Of a DNA stretch of 64,000 bases, positions 41,417-55,084 are shown piece after piece (the first letter of the stretch is position 1; every line of letters begins with the position of its first letter). Below the pieces are notes generated by a model. That model searched no databases. It was not told the origin of the DNA and was given only the letters and a program-made list of their open reading frames with translations. The stretch lies in contig CM119270.1 in the NCBI GenBank assembly GCA_051294375.1, positions 20,067,160-20,131,159 of the forward strand, written 5' to 3'. The stretch comes from Paraspadella gotoi. Lineage: Eukaryota > Animalia > Chaetognatha. Both the position numbers and the translations under genes were made by a program.

Positions 41417-42049
41417 GTTGATAAATGACTTGACACTTTTATTTAATGAGAATATTTTTTTCCTCGCTGCATTATTTTCCACTCAATGAAATTATTACCG
41501 CATAATTATCTCAATTTTTCTCTTCATTTTTATTTCTTTCCTTTTTTTAAAAAAAATTTTCAAACTATAAAAAATGTAAAAAATAAACCAAAGTTAATAA
41601 TCCAATAAAAATCAATTAATATATTAGTATTGAGGGAGGTTAAGTTTTGGTAAGATAACTTTATATCTGGCTCACTCCACAAAAAAAAATATTGACGCTG
41701 AAAAATTCATAATTAATGCATAATCAATGAATACATCAATATTAATATTTTAATACCTAATTAGTTAATTTATTGAACTTTACCCGTCCTGATGAGTCAC
41801 AATTGCAGTCGTTTTTTTCGTCGCTTTCGGTTTCGACGCTTTTGTTGTTGTTGTTGTTGTTGTTGTCGTTTTTCTTGTTTTGATCTTCGGTGATGCTTTC
41901 TTCTTTGTCGTCGTCTTCTTTGTTGTCGTCGTCGTCGTCTTCGTCGTCGTCGGTTTTTTCGTCGTCGTCTTCGTCGTCGTCGGTTTTTTCGTCGTCGTCG
42001 TCGTTGAAGACGACGAACTGGTCGAGTGAGGTTTTGTTGTTGTTGACGA

Positions 42050-42082
<33 letters not shown>

Positions 42083-42963
42083 TGAAGCTGCCGGTGCATT
42101 CGATGCTGCCGGTGCAGACGCCGACTCTAGTGCCGACGCATATTTAGCGTTTCTCTGAGTCAATTCCTCCAGCATTTTTAATAATTTCGAGTTTAACTCA
42201 TGAATTTCGCTCGAAGACGACGAAAGCGACGACGACGAAAACAAAGACAATTTTGACTTTCGTCGTCGTCGTTGTTGTTGTTGTTGTTGTTGTTGTTGTA
42301 GTTCTGGAGGCGAAGTGGATATTAAGTTCGATTCTGTGACCAAGTCTGAGTTCGAGGCGTCGATGCTGTAATAAGGAAATCAAACACAATTTGTTACATC
42401 AATTTCATATAATTAAAGTTTTTTATTATTGAAAAAAAAATCATTCTTTTTAAGCCTCTTTACAATATAATAACATAGCTTTCAATTAGGACTTTATAAC
42501 GATCGAGTTCATTCACTTCCAGTTAAACTGGTATCCTAATGAATTATGTGGCATCACAATTTTTTTATGAATTTGTTTCAATCTTCCAATAGTTTCAGCT
42601 CAACTTGAACAATTTAGGAGGTTGAAAGCAAAAAGTCCGTACATCCTGTACGGATCCTAGGCCAAGCTGTAGTACAGACAGACAGACAGACAGTCACAAC
42701 AACGGGAGAACCCTTGAAGGCTGCATGGCCCCTTTTGGCCAACCGTTGCAAGAAATGACTCTCTCACCCGAGACTTAACTCACCTCACCTCATGTCACGA
42801 TACAAACTCACCCGCAGAGCTGGAGATGCTGTTGACGGATGATGGAGAGAGCGATGGTCCAGACGATGAAGAGAGTCACGTGACACATCAGCAGGATGGA
42901 GGGACGAAAGAGTCGCAGCCGCGACAGCAGGAGCCGCGACACGACGCCGCAGAGCGGATGCAT
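39166..42963 (-). CDS. Beta-1,3-galactosyltransferase-like glycosyltransferase (GT31/Galactosyl_T), type II Golgi membrane protein with a Thr/Lys-rich mucin-like stem, 542 aa
   Basis: Exons 42963-42812 (MHPLCG...ILLMCHVTLFIVWTIALSII, TM anchor), 42365-41784 (polyQ/S/T stem), 41319-40998 (VVFVIHT...RIAIRTTW...VFVVG...ESVRHGDILQ), 40890-40648 (DFLDAYYNLTLK...FLVKIDDDI...KWFVS), 40029-39836 (EY...YPDSCYG...FRLDDIYISG), 39301-39166 (STHL...WEAW...TAA). All introns GT-AG and phase-consistent, 1629 nt. The canonical GT31 motifs, including DxD, are present. Confidence 0.92.
40360..40520 (+). mobile_element. Dispersed ~150-bp repeat family (unclassified SINE/MITE-like); best-preserved copy, in a GT31 intron
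   Basis: Core gctatcttgcccctgactttggacaggc...taaggcctccatcactct.acaagataatgacat. Related copies at 1-115(-), 8975-9105, ~9900-10050 (dup 14470-14620), 33270-33420, 46760-46860 and 52810-52980(-). Confidence 0.75.
42460..42755 (+). mobile_element. Second DINE/HINE-like fragment in intron 1 of the GT31 gene
   Basis: (CAGA)n tract, short inverted repeat caacgg...ccgttg, and a ggcc-cctttt-ggcc hairpin at the end. Confidence 0.4.
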
Positions 42964-43395
42964 CTTTGCGTTTTATTCGGACATTTGTTTTTTTTTGTTG
43001 AAGTTTATGTTTGATTTGTTTGTTTTGTTTGTTTTGGTTTTGTTTTAGCTTTGTTTTTTTTAAGCGTTTGCCAGATGCCGCTAATTATTATCGTTGACGG
43101 GAGGACGTAAGAATAAGCGACGTCGACGTAACTTGTGAAAACCAAACAATGTAAATATTTACTATTATAATTGCTGTGAAGACAAAAAGTTTTTTTTTTA
43201 AATATTACGTATATATAAATGTATTGTAGAAAAATTCTGGCTGGAGAAAAATATACCTCAATTAAAGATGCTATTGATACATCGCGGACCTAAGTAGTAT
43301 ATTATTTAATTAGAGTTCTTATCTGGGATTTACCAGAGCATTTTTTTTTTAGCCAAAAATTCAATTTTAAAAAAAGAGAAATAGAAACAGAAAAC

Positions 43396-43449
<54 letters not shown>

Positions 43450-43589
43450 GATATATGAAGAAAAGACAAATGAAATATTGAAATATTGTCAATCCCGTCT
43501 TTGAAATATTGTCATTCTCAAATACACAAAAATTCGAATTGATTTAACGTCAAAAACATAAAAGAGATTTCATCCGACTGGAACCGACG

Positions 43590-45897
43590 AAGCTGAGAGC
43601 CGACGTGACGCCGACACATAACACTAAGCGACGGGGACCGACGAACGAGAGCCGACGGCGCCGACACAAACTAAGGCGACGGGGACCGCAACGAACGAGA
43701 GCCGACGCGGGCCGACACAAACACTAAGGACGACGGGACCGACGAACGGAGAGCCGAACGGCGGCCGACACAAACACTAAGGACGACGGGGACCGACGAA
43801 CGAGAGCCGACGGCGGCCGACACAAAACTAAGGCGACGGGACGACGAACGAGAGCCGACGGCGGCCGACACAAACACTAAGCGACGGGGCGACGAACGAG
43901 AGCCGACGGCGGCCGACACAACACTAAGCGACGGGGACCGACGAACGAGAGCCGACGGCGGCCGACACAAACACTAAGCGACGGGGACGCGAGACGAGAG
44001 CCGACGGCGGCCGACACAAACACTAAGACGACGGGACCGACGAACGAGAGCCGACGGCGGCCGACACAAAACACTAAGACGACGGGGACCGACGAACGAG
44101 AGCCGACGGCGGCCGAAACAAACACTAAGGCGACGGGGACCGACGAACGAGAAGCCGACGGGAGAGCGCAACACTAAGCACGGGGACCGACGAACGAGAG
44201 CCGACGGCGGCCGACACAAACACTAAGACGACGGGGACGACGAACGAGAGCCGACGGCGGCCGACACAAACACTAAGACGACGGGACCGACGAACGAGAG
44301 CCGACGGCGGCGACACAAACACTAAGGCACGGGGACCGACGAACGAAGAGCGACGGCCGACACAAACACTAAGGCGACGGGGACGACGAACGAGAGCCGA
44401 CGGCGGCCGACACCAAACACTAAGGCGACGGGACCGACGAACGAGAGCCGACGGCGGCCGACAAAACACTAAGACGACGGGACCGACGAACGAGACCGAC
44501 GCGGCCGACACAAACACTAGACGACGGGGACCGACGAACGAGAGCCGACGGCGGCCGACACAAACTAAGACGACGGGGACCGACGAACGAGAGCGACGGC
44601 GGCCCGACACAAACACTAAGGCGACGGGGACCACGAACGAGAGCCGACGGCGCCGACACAAAACTAAGACGAGGACACAAACGAGAGCCGACGGCGCCGA
44701 CACAAACACTAAGCGACGGGACCACCAGACGAACGAGAGCCGACGCGGCCGACACAAACACTAAGGCGACGGGACCGACGAACGAGAGCCGACGCGGCCG
44801 ACACAAACACTAAGACGACGGGACCGACGAACGAGAGCCGACGGCGGCCGACACAAACACTAAGACGAGGGACCGACGACGAGAGCCGCGCGGGCCGACA
44901 CAACACTAAAGCGACGGGACCAGACGAACGAGAGCCGACGGCGGCCGACACAACACTAAGGCGACGGACCGACGAACGAGAGCCGACGGCGGCCGACACA
45001 AACACTAAACGACGGGACCGACGAACGAGAGCCGACGGCGGCCGACACAAACACTAAGACGAGGGACCGACGAACGAGAGCGACGGCGGCCGACACAAAC
45101 ACTAAGGCGACGGGACCGACGAACGAGACCGACGGCGGCCGCACAAACACTAGGCGACGGGACGCGAACGAGAGCGACGGCGGCCGAACACAAACACAAG
45201 ACGACGAGACGGAACGAGACGACGGCGGCCGACACAAACACTAAGGCGACGGGACGCCGAACGAGAGCCGACGGCGGCCACACAAACACTAAGACGACGG
45301 GGCCGACGAACGAGAGAGCCGACGGCGGCCGACACAAACACTAAGACGACGGGGACCGACGAACAGAGCCGACGCGGCCGACACAAACACTAAGACGACG
45401 GGACCGACGAACGAGAGCCACGGCGGCCGACACAAACACTAAGACGACGGGGACCGACGAACGAGAGCCGACGGCGGCCGACACAAACACTAAGACGACG
45501 GGGACCGACGAACGAGAGCCGACGGCGGCCGACACAAACACTAAGACGACGGGACCGACGAACGAGAAGCCGACGGCGGCCGACACAAACACTAAGCGAC
45601 GGGGACCAGACGAACGAGAGCCGACGGCGGCCGACACAAACACTAAGGCGACGGGGACGCACGGACGAGACGCGCGGCCGACAAAAACTAAGGCGACGGG
45701 GACCGACGAAACGAGAGCCGACGGCGGCCGACACAAACACTAAGCGACGGGACCGCACAACGAGAGCCGAACGGCGGCCGACACAAACACTAAGACGACG
45801 GGACCGACGAACGAGAGCCGACCGCGCCGACACAAACTAAGGCGACGGGACCGACGAACGAGAGCCGACGGCGGCCGACACAAACACTAAGGCGCAC
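43590..45897. repeat. GC/CpG-rich tandem satellite, 51-bp unit, about 45 copies
   Basis: Consensus CACTAAGACGACGGGGACCGACGAACGAGAGCCGACGGCGGCCGACACAAA, head-to-tail with no unique spacers and frequent 1-bp indels. Confidence 0.97.
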
Positions 45898-47555
45898 GAC
45901 AGATAGGGACAGACACACCACAGGAACAGAGAGACAGAGAGAGAAGAGAAAAAGAGAAAGAGAGAGACAGCCGCTGCAGAAAAAAGAAAAGAGAAAGGCG
46001 TATATAATAATTAATAGAGAGTAGAGAGAGAGAACCTCTACAGCCCCTTTACTCGTTAAAGAATCACAGTACTATGCGCCGCCACGTAGCATGAGCTATT
46101 CTCTACCCAAAGGACCCGGTGTTCGCGCCCTTCCGGGCTCGTTTTTTACATTAGTAACCCACAATTATATCTAAAAAATTTTTGCTTAAAAAAAAAAGAG
46201 AGAGAGAGAGAGAAGAGAGAGAGAAAGAAGCCTGGACAGACGTGCGACCGAACTTCTTTTTAGAAGAAGCATGACCGGAGAAAAAGAGAGAGCAGAAGAG
46301 ACGGACATATAATTAAAACGTTTTTGTTTTGTAAATAAAACATAAACAAATACCAATTTGATATAAACATAATTTTAAATTCTTGTGATTAGAAGCCATA
46401 TATGAAAATTCAACTCCTATGATATCACACTTTCGAACCATGATTGCAAAAAAGCGAGACCGAAAGCTAAACCGAAAAAATCTAGACGACGGGCTTGCCC
46501 GCCTGCTCGATAATAGAGATAATTTTTGTTTTGATAAAATGAAAACAAAACATTTAATAACTGTCCTGACTCATTTTCAAGGACATCGATTATGACACTG
46601 GAATAGAAATATAATTAATCTATAAGTAATTTGAAATAATTAAGTAATTAATTAATCTATTAATTAATTAATCAATTAATTAATTAATATCGTAGGCAAA
46701 GCCGAACATTGTTTGCTCAAACTTGTTTTTTGTCAATTGTCTTGTGTTATGAAATTGTTAAAAATATGAAATATAAAATTCTCTTTAGTATTTAACAAGC
46801 AATATCGCCTACCGACTTTGGAGAGGCGATGGCGTGTAAAACCTCCTTTCCTCCTACGAAATATTTACATTTCATTATTTACAACGAAGGATGCTTAATT
46901 CAAATTTAAATATTGGCAAAACCATTTCATCTCTACACCTAATGTAGCCTTAACCCAACGCAGCCTGTCTTAATTCAAGATAGCACATTTTTAAATGAAA
47001 AGGTAAATGAATTAATAATCATTTCTTCGCGTCGCACCCTGTACTACTGCGCGATTTCCGTCATTATCTTCTCTGGTTCGACGCTTCGTTGGTTTTCAAA
47101 GTAGAAACAGGATTTAGTTTCGAGTCTCGACAAAAGAACATTGGATTTCGTCGTAGGCACTTAATAAAAAAATTTAAAACCATCTGAAAAAAATGGAAAT
47201 ATCAAATCAGGAAGAAAAACTGATACATGATTAGGATTCGTAGGAAAAATGTAAATGTGTATACGACAAGAACTTTGCATTTATCAGAATGAAAAAATAA
47301 AATATATGAATAAAAATTTTGAACTCGTTGCGCTGAGAAGAAGAGCTTTAAACTTTTTCAAACCTTTAAAGAAAAACTAAGTCTTTTCTAATCCAGTGTC
47401 TTTTTTTAAGGAATTTTTTTGTAACCGAAAGAAAGATTGGAAACTGTTAGGAAAGAGGGTGAAAGAAAATGAATAAGAAAGTGACAGAAGAGGAGAGAAG
47501 TTTGAAAGAAAAAGAAAAAGTAATGAAAATCATTCTCTCTCTCTCTCTCTCTCTT

Positions 47556-47618
<63 letters not shown>

Positions 47619-48368
47619 CTCTCGCTCTCGCTCTCTCGCTCTCTCGCTCTCCTCGCCTGATTAAACGAGGGAATGAAAGGAAAAGTGGCCCCATTTAGGA
47701 GGAACTGATTCCCACACTGAATGTTATTGGAATTTTTCTTGTTCTTGTTCTTGTTATCGTTCTTGTTGTTCTTGTTGTTGTAGTGACTTCCAGGTGGAAA
47801 ACCATCGTTGGTGATTATTGCTCATTGCAAGCGAGAGGCAATAAAAGTGAGATGGACGTCACTAAAACAAAATAGTTGGTATTGACTACGAGACTTAAGC
47901 AACGGTGGAGAAATCTGCTCAAATAAAATTTCTAACTGGAATTGTTACACCATTTGATATCAAGTTATTTCTTTTCATCCCCGAAACAATTTTTATTAAT
48001 AAATATTATTATATTTAATATTTTTTGATTGAAGAACTTTTAAGTTTCAATATTACTATTACAATTACTATTATTACTTAGAATTGTGTTCAGTTTTATG
48101 AAGCACAGATGGTTTCTTGCGTCGATTCATTTTTTTGATTTCATAGAATTGTACTACACCAATGGTATTAGCGTGATTAGCCTCGCCGCCGCCGCCGCCG
48201 CCGCCGCCGCCCGCCGCCGGTCGCAGCAGCTGCTGTCGAAAAGCGACAAAATCCTCGTTTCTCTTTTTTTTTTCGCCGACGAAGTTCGACTTTTTTTGAG
48301 CCAAAAGGAAATTGAAGAGGATTCAAGGCTCTCTCTGGGCGAAGGAAAGAGAGAAGAGAGAGAGAGAA

Positions 48369-48425
<57 letters not shown>

Positions 48426-49229
48426 AAGCTACCTGAGCGAGATTGAGATTGATTGATAGATTGATTGAGGAAGAGTCTTAGTGAAAAAAGTTAATAAGTA
48501 CAAAAAGTTAATAATTACAATTATAAATAGTGAACCCAGATGTATACCAGTAAAGTTTTGTTCTAAAAAAATTGTTTTTAAATTTTAATTTAAAAAATGA
48601 GTTCAAGAAAAGTTTGAGTTGCAAAATCTTGTGGTTAAGTCACTTACATCAGCTCAGAATATAGAAGTATGATAAATTATGCAAAAATATTGATGTCCGT
48701 CCGTCCGTCTCCCATTAGCTTTGAATGCCAATTACTCATGAGTGGATGGGGCGATTGACTTGAAATTTTCTATGTGGGTAGGAAAGTGTTTGATTGAGCT
48801 GGGAATAATGAGTTTAAATGAAAAAAAAAAAATCTATTTCACTATTTGATTATCGTTTTGCTTTTTTCTTTTATATTAAATATAAATTTAGGCAGCATTA
48901 ATTATTAATAAATTAGTAATTAATTATTAATTATTTTGAAATTAATTAATTTATTAAATAATTTTGTGATCGAGATAGTTTTGTGAGTGAGAGACGAGAA
49001 AAAGTGGAAAACGATATGGACGCGATTAAAAAAAAATTAAATATTATTTAAATAATTAATTAATTAATTATTTAATTAACTGAACGCTTACCGCTAATGA
49101 TCGTGGGCAGATCCGGCATGGTTTGCTCAAACTTGTTTTTTAATTGGTTCGTACCAATTTCAATTAAGTTGTTGAGTCAGTTCGGCGACCGAAGATATAC
49201 AAGTATGTCATCCTTCAAAATCGTCTTCC

Positions 49230-49455
49230 CCGGGGACGGTGCTAAGCGCGGCCCCGCGGGGTGGCTCCGTGGGGTGGCTCCGCGGGGTGGCCCCGAGGGG
49301 CAGGCAAATCCTTACCGCCTGGGGACGGCCCCCTGTGGCCTCTTTTTTTTAGGCCTCAAGGGGCCACTCCAGGGGTAATCCCCCAGGGGTTAGAAAAACA
49401 TTTCCCCTCGGGGCCAACCCCGGGGAGGATGAATTTGCCTGTCCCCCGGAATGGC
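49230..49455. mobile_element. GC-rich foldback/MITE-like insertion
   Basis: Nested inverted repeats: caggcaaat ... atttgcctg; ccccgagggg ... cccctcgggg; central ggcccc-tg-tggcct / aggcc-tca-aggggcc hairpin. Sits in AT-rich surroundings. Confidence 0.45.
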
Positions 49456-50334
49456 TCTCTATCTCTCCTATCTTTCTCTCCCTCTCCTTTCTCTCTCTCC
49501 AATATCTCAAGATATAACAGAAAGGACGTAACAGGGTCGAAAAAGAAGAAGACGATGATGACTATGATGACGATGATGACGACGACGACGAAAAAACGTC
49601 GGATTCCAGTCTGCTGTCTTTTCTTCCGATTAGTTCGACGCCTAAAAAACCCGAAGGGCGAGAGACAAGTAGTTTGCGAAAAAAGAAAAAGGGGTTGACT
49701 ACGATTAAAGGCATTTAAGGGGAGAGAAAGAACCGAAAAAAAGAAAGAAATTGGAAAGAAAAAAAAAGGAAACAAAGTAACGGAAAATGTACTAAAAAAA
49801 TCAGAAAAAAAATAATGAGGACAGGACAGTATGAAAGAAGTTAAAGATTATTGAAAACAAAATGAGGCTGAAAGAAGAAGTTTGAATTAATTAAGACACC
49901 ACGAAACGAAAAGAATAATGAGTAAAAGTTTAAAAATGCTTCTAGGAGTGACATTTCTTCTTTTTTTAAAATTTATTTTAATTAGTAACGACACAAAAAT
50001 CTTTTAATAAAAATGAAACGAAAAAAAAATCAGGGTTTGTTAAAAATTGAACCGAGTTTTTCAACTGGATATGTTTGAGGTAAAGAAAAAAAAAGAAGAT
50101 AATAAAACTTTTTTTCGCGAAATATAAAATGGGTCGATCCCTTAATGAGCGGTGAAGGAGAACTTAGCCTTTTTAACACTAACGAAAAATGAACATTAAT
50201 TTGATTAAGATTTTTAAGTCGCGAATTACGAAAAACGAGACAAAATTGATTCGATTAGCAACAACAATGTTTAGATGAATATAAATATGAATAGATGAAT
50301 GAAATGAGATATGAAAAGATAGAAAGAGAGAGTG

Positions 50335-50421
<87 letters not shown>

Positions 50422-50657
50422 GAGAAAGAAAGAAAGAAAGATAGAGTTATAGTTAGAAAGAAAGAAAAAAAATATAAATGATAATCGAAAGTATAAATGA
50501 CGAAATTAAAAAAAAAATTAAGATAACAAAGAAAATGTGTGATAATTTTTATTTCTTCAGGTTTTAATCTTAATCACATTTCAACGAATTACGTATATGA
50601 CAAAACTTGAGTCATTTTTGAAAGATAGATGGATATTTTTTTCTTCGACTTAGGGAG

Positions 50658-50699
<42 letters not shown>

Positions 50700-52459
50700 A
50701 GAGAAAACCAATATAATATAAAATCGCTAAAAACGTTTTACAAATTATCAGTTCATGCTATGTCAGAGTATTTTTAACTAATCTTTTATAAACTAAATAT
50801 CACCACGTGTTATATTTTTTTCTCAGTCACGTGACTCACGTAGCGAAAGCATCGGTTAAAACTTTGTCTTCATCTCACATTCAGCGCCTGAATCACGGAA
50901 GTGAAACGGACAAAGGAAAAAGAGGAAAAGGAAAGGAAAAAAAAAGAAAAGAGAAAAAAAGAGAATAAAAAAAACCGAAAAGAAAATATATTTGAAGAAA
51001 AAGAAACGAAAAAAATATAAAGAAAAGAAAAGAAAAGAAAAGAAAAGAAAAATAGTCTATTAAGAAAAGAAAAGAAAAAAGAAAAAGAAAAAAGAAAAAG
51101 AAAAGAAAAGAAAAGAAAGAAAAGAAAAGAAAAAAGAAAAAGAAAAAAGAAAAGAAAAGGAAAAAAAAAAAAAAAAAAAAAAAAAAAAGAAAAATGAAAA
51201 AGAAAATGTTTTTTTCGCCTAAAAAAAAACCTTTCCAAAATTAATGGGGAAATTTAACCTCTCGCTCTCGAATCTTTGAAAGGCGAATCGATTAAACCAT
51301 TCAAGAATCGGGGTAGAAGGGGTGGGCGTGGAGGTGGGTAAGGTGAGAGTGGTTAAGGGGGGTAGGGAGGGTGGTTAAGGGGGGGTAGGGAAAAAGGGAG
51401 GTTGACGCAGGATTTTCACGAATCGGGGGTTTTAAAAGAATTGGGGGTTTTAAAAGAAAACCATCTGATAGAAAGGTAGGGATTATAATTTCTCGATGGT
51501 AAGTTTAAGACCTCTCTTCTCTTCTTTCTCTGCCTCCGCTTTCCTTAGAGAAATCTCGTCTCTGATTGGTCATTCAGAAGGCAGATGAAAAGACGGGAAA
51601 AGAACTGGTCGCATTTCTAAGGATTATGTTAATATGTTGTGAAAGAAACATTATATATATTTTCTATACGCCTTTCGTTGTGAGGATTCTGAGCAGCTCA
51701 CGACGAGTCGGTATTGTGAAACTCGCTCCACCACTCACGTGATTTGTCGACGAACCTTGACTCTTGATCCTCACAGTCAAATGTCGCGGATCCCGAGACA
51801 AAGTTGCTTTGCTGGTTGAAACGTCATTGCTGACTGCAATGTGCATTGTGCAATGACCATATGACGAGGGGAAAATAAAGGGGAAGAGAAAATAAGTTGA
51901 AAAAGAGAAAGAATGTAAAAGGTTAGTGGAACGAGGTAAGTAGGACAAAATTGGAGGCAAGTAATAGTTAAAAGCATAACAGCTTTCCTTTTTTATGAAA
52001 TAACAACAATGCGGAATTGTTTTTTATTTAATTTTTTTCAAAACTTAGTTGCTTTGTGTTTTGTTTGTTAATGACGATTGCACTGAATCGACCTTGTTGC
52101 ATTAGCTTTTAAAATTTAAAAGCTCTCATATTAATTAAAGAAGTTAAGCAAATGTACTGAACAAATGATGGGGAAATTAAGAAAACGACTAAAGAAAAAG
52201 AAAGGCGAGAGTCAAAGGCCGACAAAAAAAGCCGACAAAAAAAGGAGATCGGGAGCGAGGAAAAGCGTCAAAAAGGAAATAAACGTCGAGCGTCGGTCGA
52301 GAAGCCAATCGGCGAAAACACGCGCGCCCTCTGGTGCCCTATTTTGACGGGCGCCATTTTGAAAAGGGTTTTTTTTTTCGTCTACGTTTTCTTCCTTTTA
52401 TTACTTTTTACATTTTTTTCTCCCTTTTTTAAATTTAAAAAAAATTTTGTTTGTCTCTC

Positions 52460-52514
<55 letters not shown>

Positions 52515-53159
52515 ACACCCTTCCATCGGTGTCCCTGACACGTTAAACTTACGAGCGTCTGGAAAATCCTGGACAGATCGACGATAAAAAACAGAACAAC
52601 CGAAGAATAAAAAATAGAAAAAACGAGTGAAATAAAACGAATCGGGAATTTTTTATATTGTTTGTTCCAATTTTATAGTCATCTCATTGTATTTTGATGC
52701 GAGGGAGGAGTACAATATAGTATTCCCCGGTCTAATACTTAAGGGAGTGGTCTTTTCATACAATTGAAACATTCTTTGAAATATTATGCCACTTCATTGA
52801 AGCCTGTTACTCTAGGAGTAAATAAACGAGACAGTGAGAGAGTCTTGATTGAAAGATTGCAAAGACCTGTTTGTCATTTTCTTGTATTTATGACGTAGGC
52901 CGAAGCCTGTCCAAAGTCAGGGACAATATACGTTATTTATCAAATTAATGGATAATATTTATGTTGTACCAAATTATTAAAATAAAAGTTAAAAAGCAAA
53001 CGAAACGGAACCAATTTTCCCTCCATCGCCTGGACGACTTTTTCGACGTTTAAATTGAAACCAGGCGCCTCACATCGTGCGGGATTTGGTAATTAGCCTT
53101 TTCAGGAAGTTAACTGTCGTGAAGGGCGAAGGGTGAGGATTTTAATTAATTGGACAATT

Positions 53160-53335
53160 CGGAGAATTATATCTCTCATAAATCTAAATCTAAATCTAAA
53201 TTAGAGAATTAGGAGAATTAAATCTCTCATAAATCTAAATCTAAATTGGAGAATTAGGAGAATTATATCTCTCATAAATCTAAATCTAAATTGGATAATT
53301 AAGAGATTTATATCTCTTTTAAATCTAAATCTCAT
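53160..53335. repeat. Short tandem repeat, ~46-52-bp unit, 3-4 copies
   Basis: ggagaattatatctctcataaatctaaatctaaatt units. Confidence 0.8.
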
Positions 53336-54338
53336 TTTATAAAAATGGTATAGGCGGGGTATAGGCAATGCCCGACTACAATGGGAAAATTAGATGAGAA
53401 AGAAAGGAAGAAAGTGAAAATAAATAAAGAAAGAAATAAAAAAGAAAGAAAGAAAGAAAGACAAAAAGAAAGAAAGAAAAAAAAATAAGCAACTTTGTAC
53501 AAATTTAAAAAAAAAAATTTCTTTCTTCCATTTTCTATTTTCTGTTTATCTTTTTCTATTTTCTATTATCCATTTCGCATATTTTTCTGTTTCTCTTTTC
53601 TATTCATTATTCCGTTATTCTAATTTCCCTCTTCCATTTTCAAATTTTCTATTTTCTATTTTCCCATCTTCAATTCTCTATTCCGATATTCCATCTTCCA
53701 TTTTTCCATTTTCCATTTTCTATTTTCTATTTTCCATTCACCAACTTTTCCGCGTCCGTGAATCCGTCGTTTGTTTTCCTTCGACGCGAAATTCGATGCG
53801 TGAAGATTCGACTCACGTTTCACGATTTCTCACGATTCGCAAAATCACGAAGGGGATTAAAAAACATTGGCGTAATTAATCTTGAAAATAAAACTATATT
53901 TAAAAGTTAAAACAATAACCGGCGAGTTCTAGGTGTTGCTCCAAAGATGAATTCCCAAATAATAATCAATACGTAAATAATTAAAAAAATTATTAAAAAA
54001 TAATCAAGTACTTTGCGCAACAAACATCTCATGGCCGATCTAAACATGCGCGCATCAAGCAATCAAGCATCTCATATTACAAAAATTTATGTATTATTAC
54101 TTTAGTTATAAGCGTTTAAAATAACTTATGGACGGACAGACCGACCAAGCGACCAACAAGAAGGTTAAAGAGTTACTCCGCGAGTCCTCGCGGCGCAGCT
54201 TAAAAGGCCCAAGTAAAAACATAAATGAAAGAAAGAGAAGGGAGAAAAAGAGGAGGAGAGGCAATTAAGGGATTAACTGTGGCCGTAATTCTGGTTCAGT
54301 AGGTTCACCGAATCTTGCTTTATCTTTCACCGTTGTTA

Positions 54339-54389
<51 letters not shown>

Positions 54390-54912
54390 TTCAAGTTCAC
54401 TTTATGAACAAAATAAAAGGGAAATATATTTTACTTCGTCATAAGTCTGAACAATGAATGCTGAAGAGTGAAGACAATAAAATACTGATTCCTTATCAGT
54501 GCACAGGTCGTCGGTACAGTGAAGTGTAATTCATTCAAGATGGCGACGATGGTCGAGAAGGCGAATCCATTTCCCTCAACCGATAAAAAGGTCAATATCC
54601 TACCGATCCTCTTTCCTCCCTTATCTGCTCCAATCAACGACTCCTCCACTTTGCTCCCCCTTGGCTCCTCATCTTTTCTCTTTTCTTCCTCCTATTCTTA
54701 TCTTCTCTCTTCTCTTCTTGCTCTTCTTTTCTTTTTCCTCCTCTCTTTATATCCCCTCTTCTTTTCTTTTTATTCCTTTCTTTTCTTCCTCCTTTAGTTT
54801 TCTTTTTCTTCGTCTCTTCTCATCTTTTCTCTTTTCCTCCTTTTCTACCTCTCTCTGTTTTCTTTCTTTTTCTAGTTTCTCCGGAATTCCTTGACCAATG
54901 GAAAGTCTTTAA

Positions 54913-55007
<95 letters not shown>

Positions 55008-55084
55008 CTTCCCCATTAGTCTTTCGCCGCAAATCGAAGCGATAAGCGTCTTGATGAAAAGAAGGGAAACGTGATTGTGAACGT

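Noticed and set aside
43590-45897. CRISPR-like array
   Set aside because: Units are head-to-tail with no unique spacers, there are no cas genes, and the context is eukaryotic.
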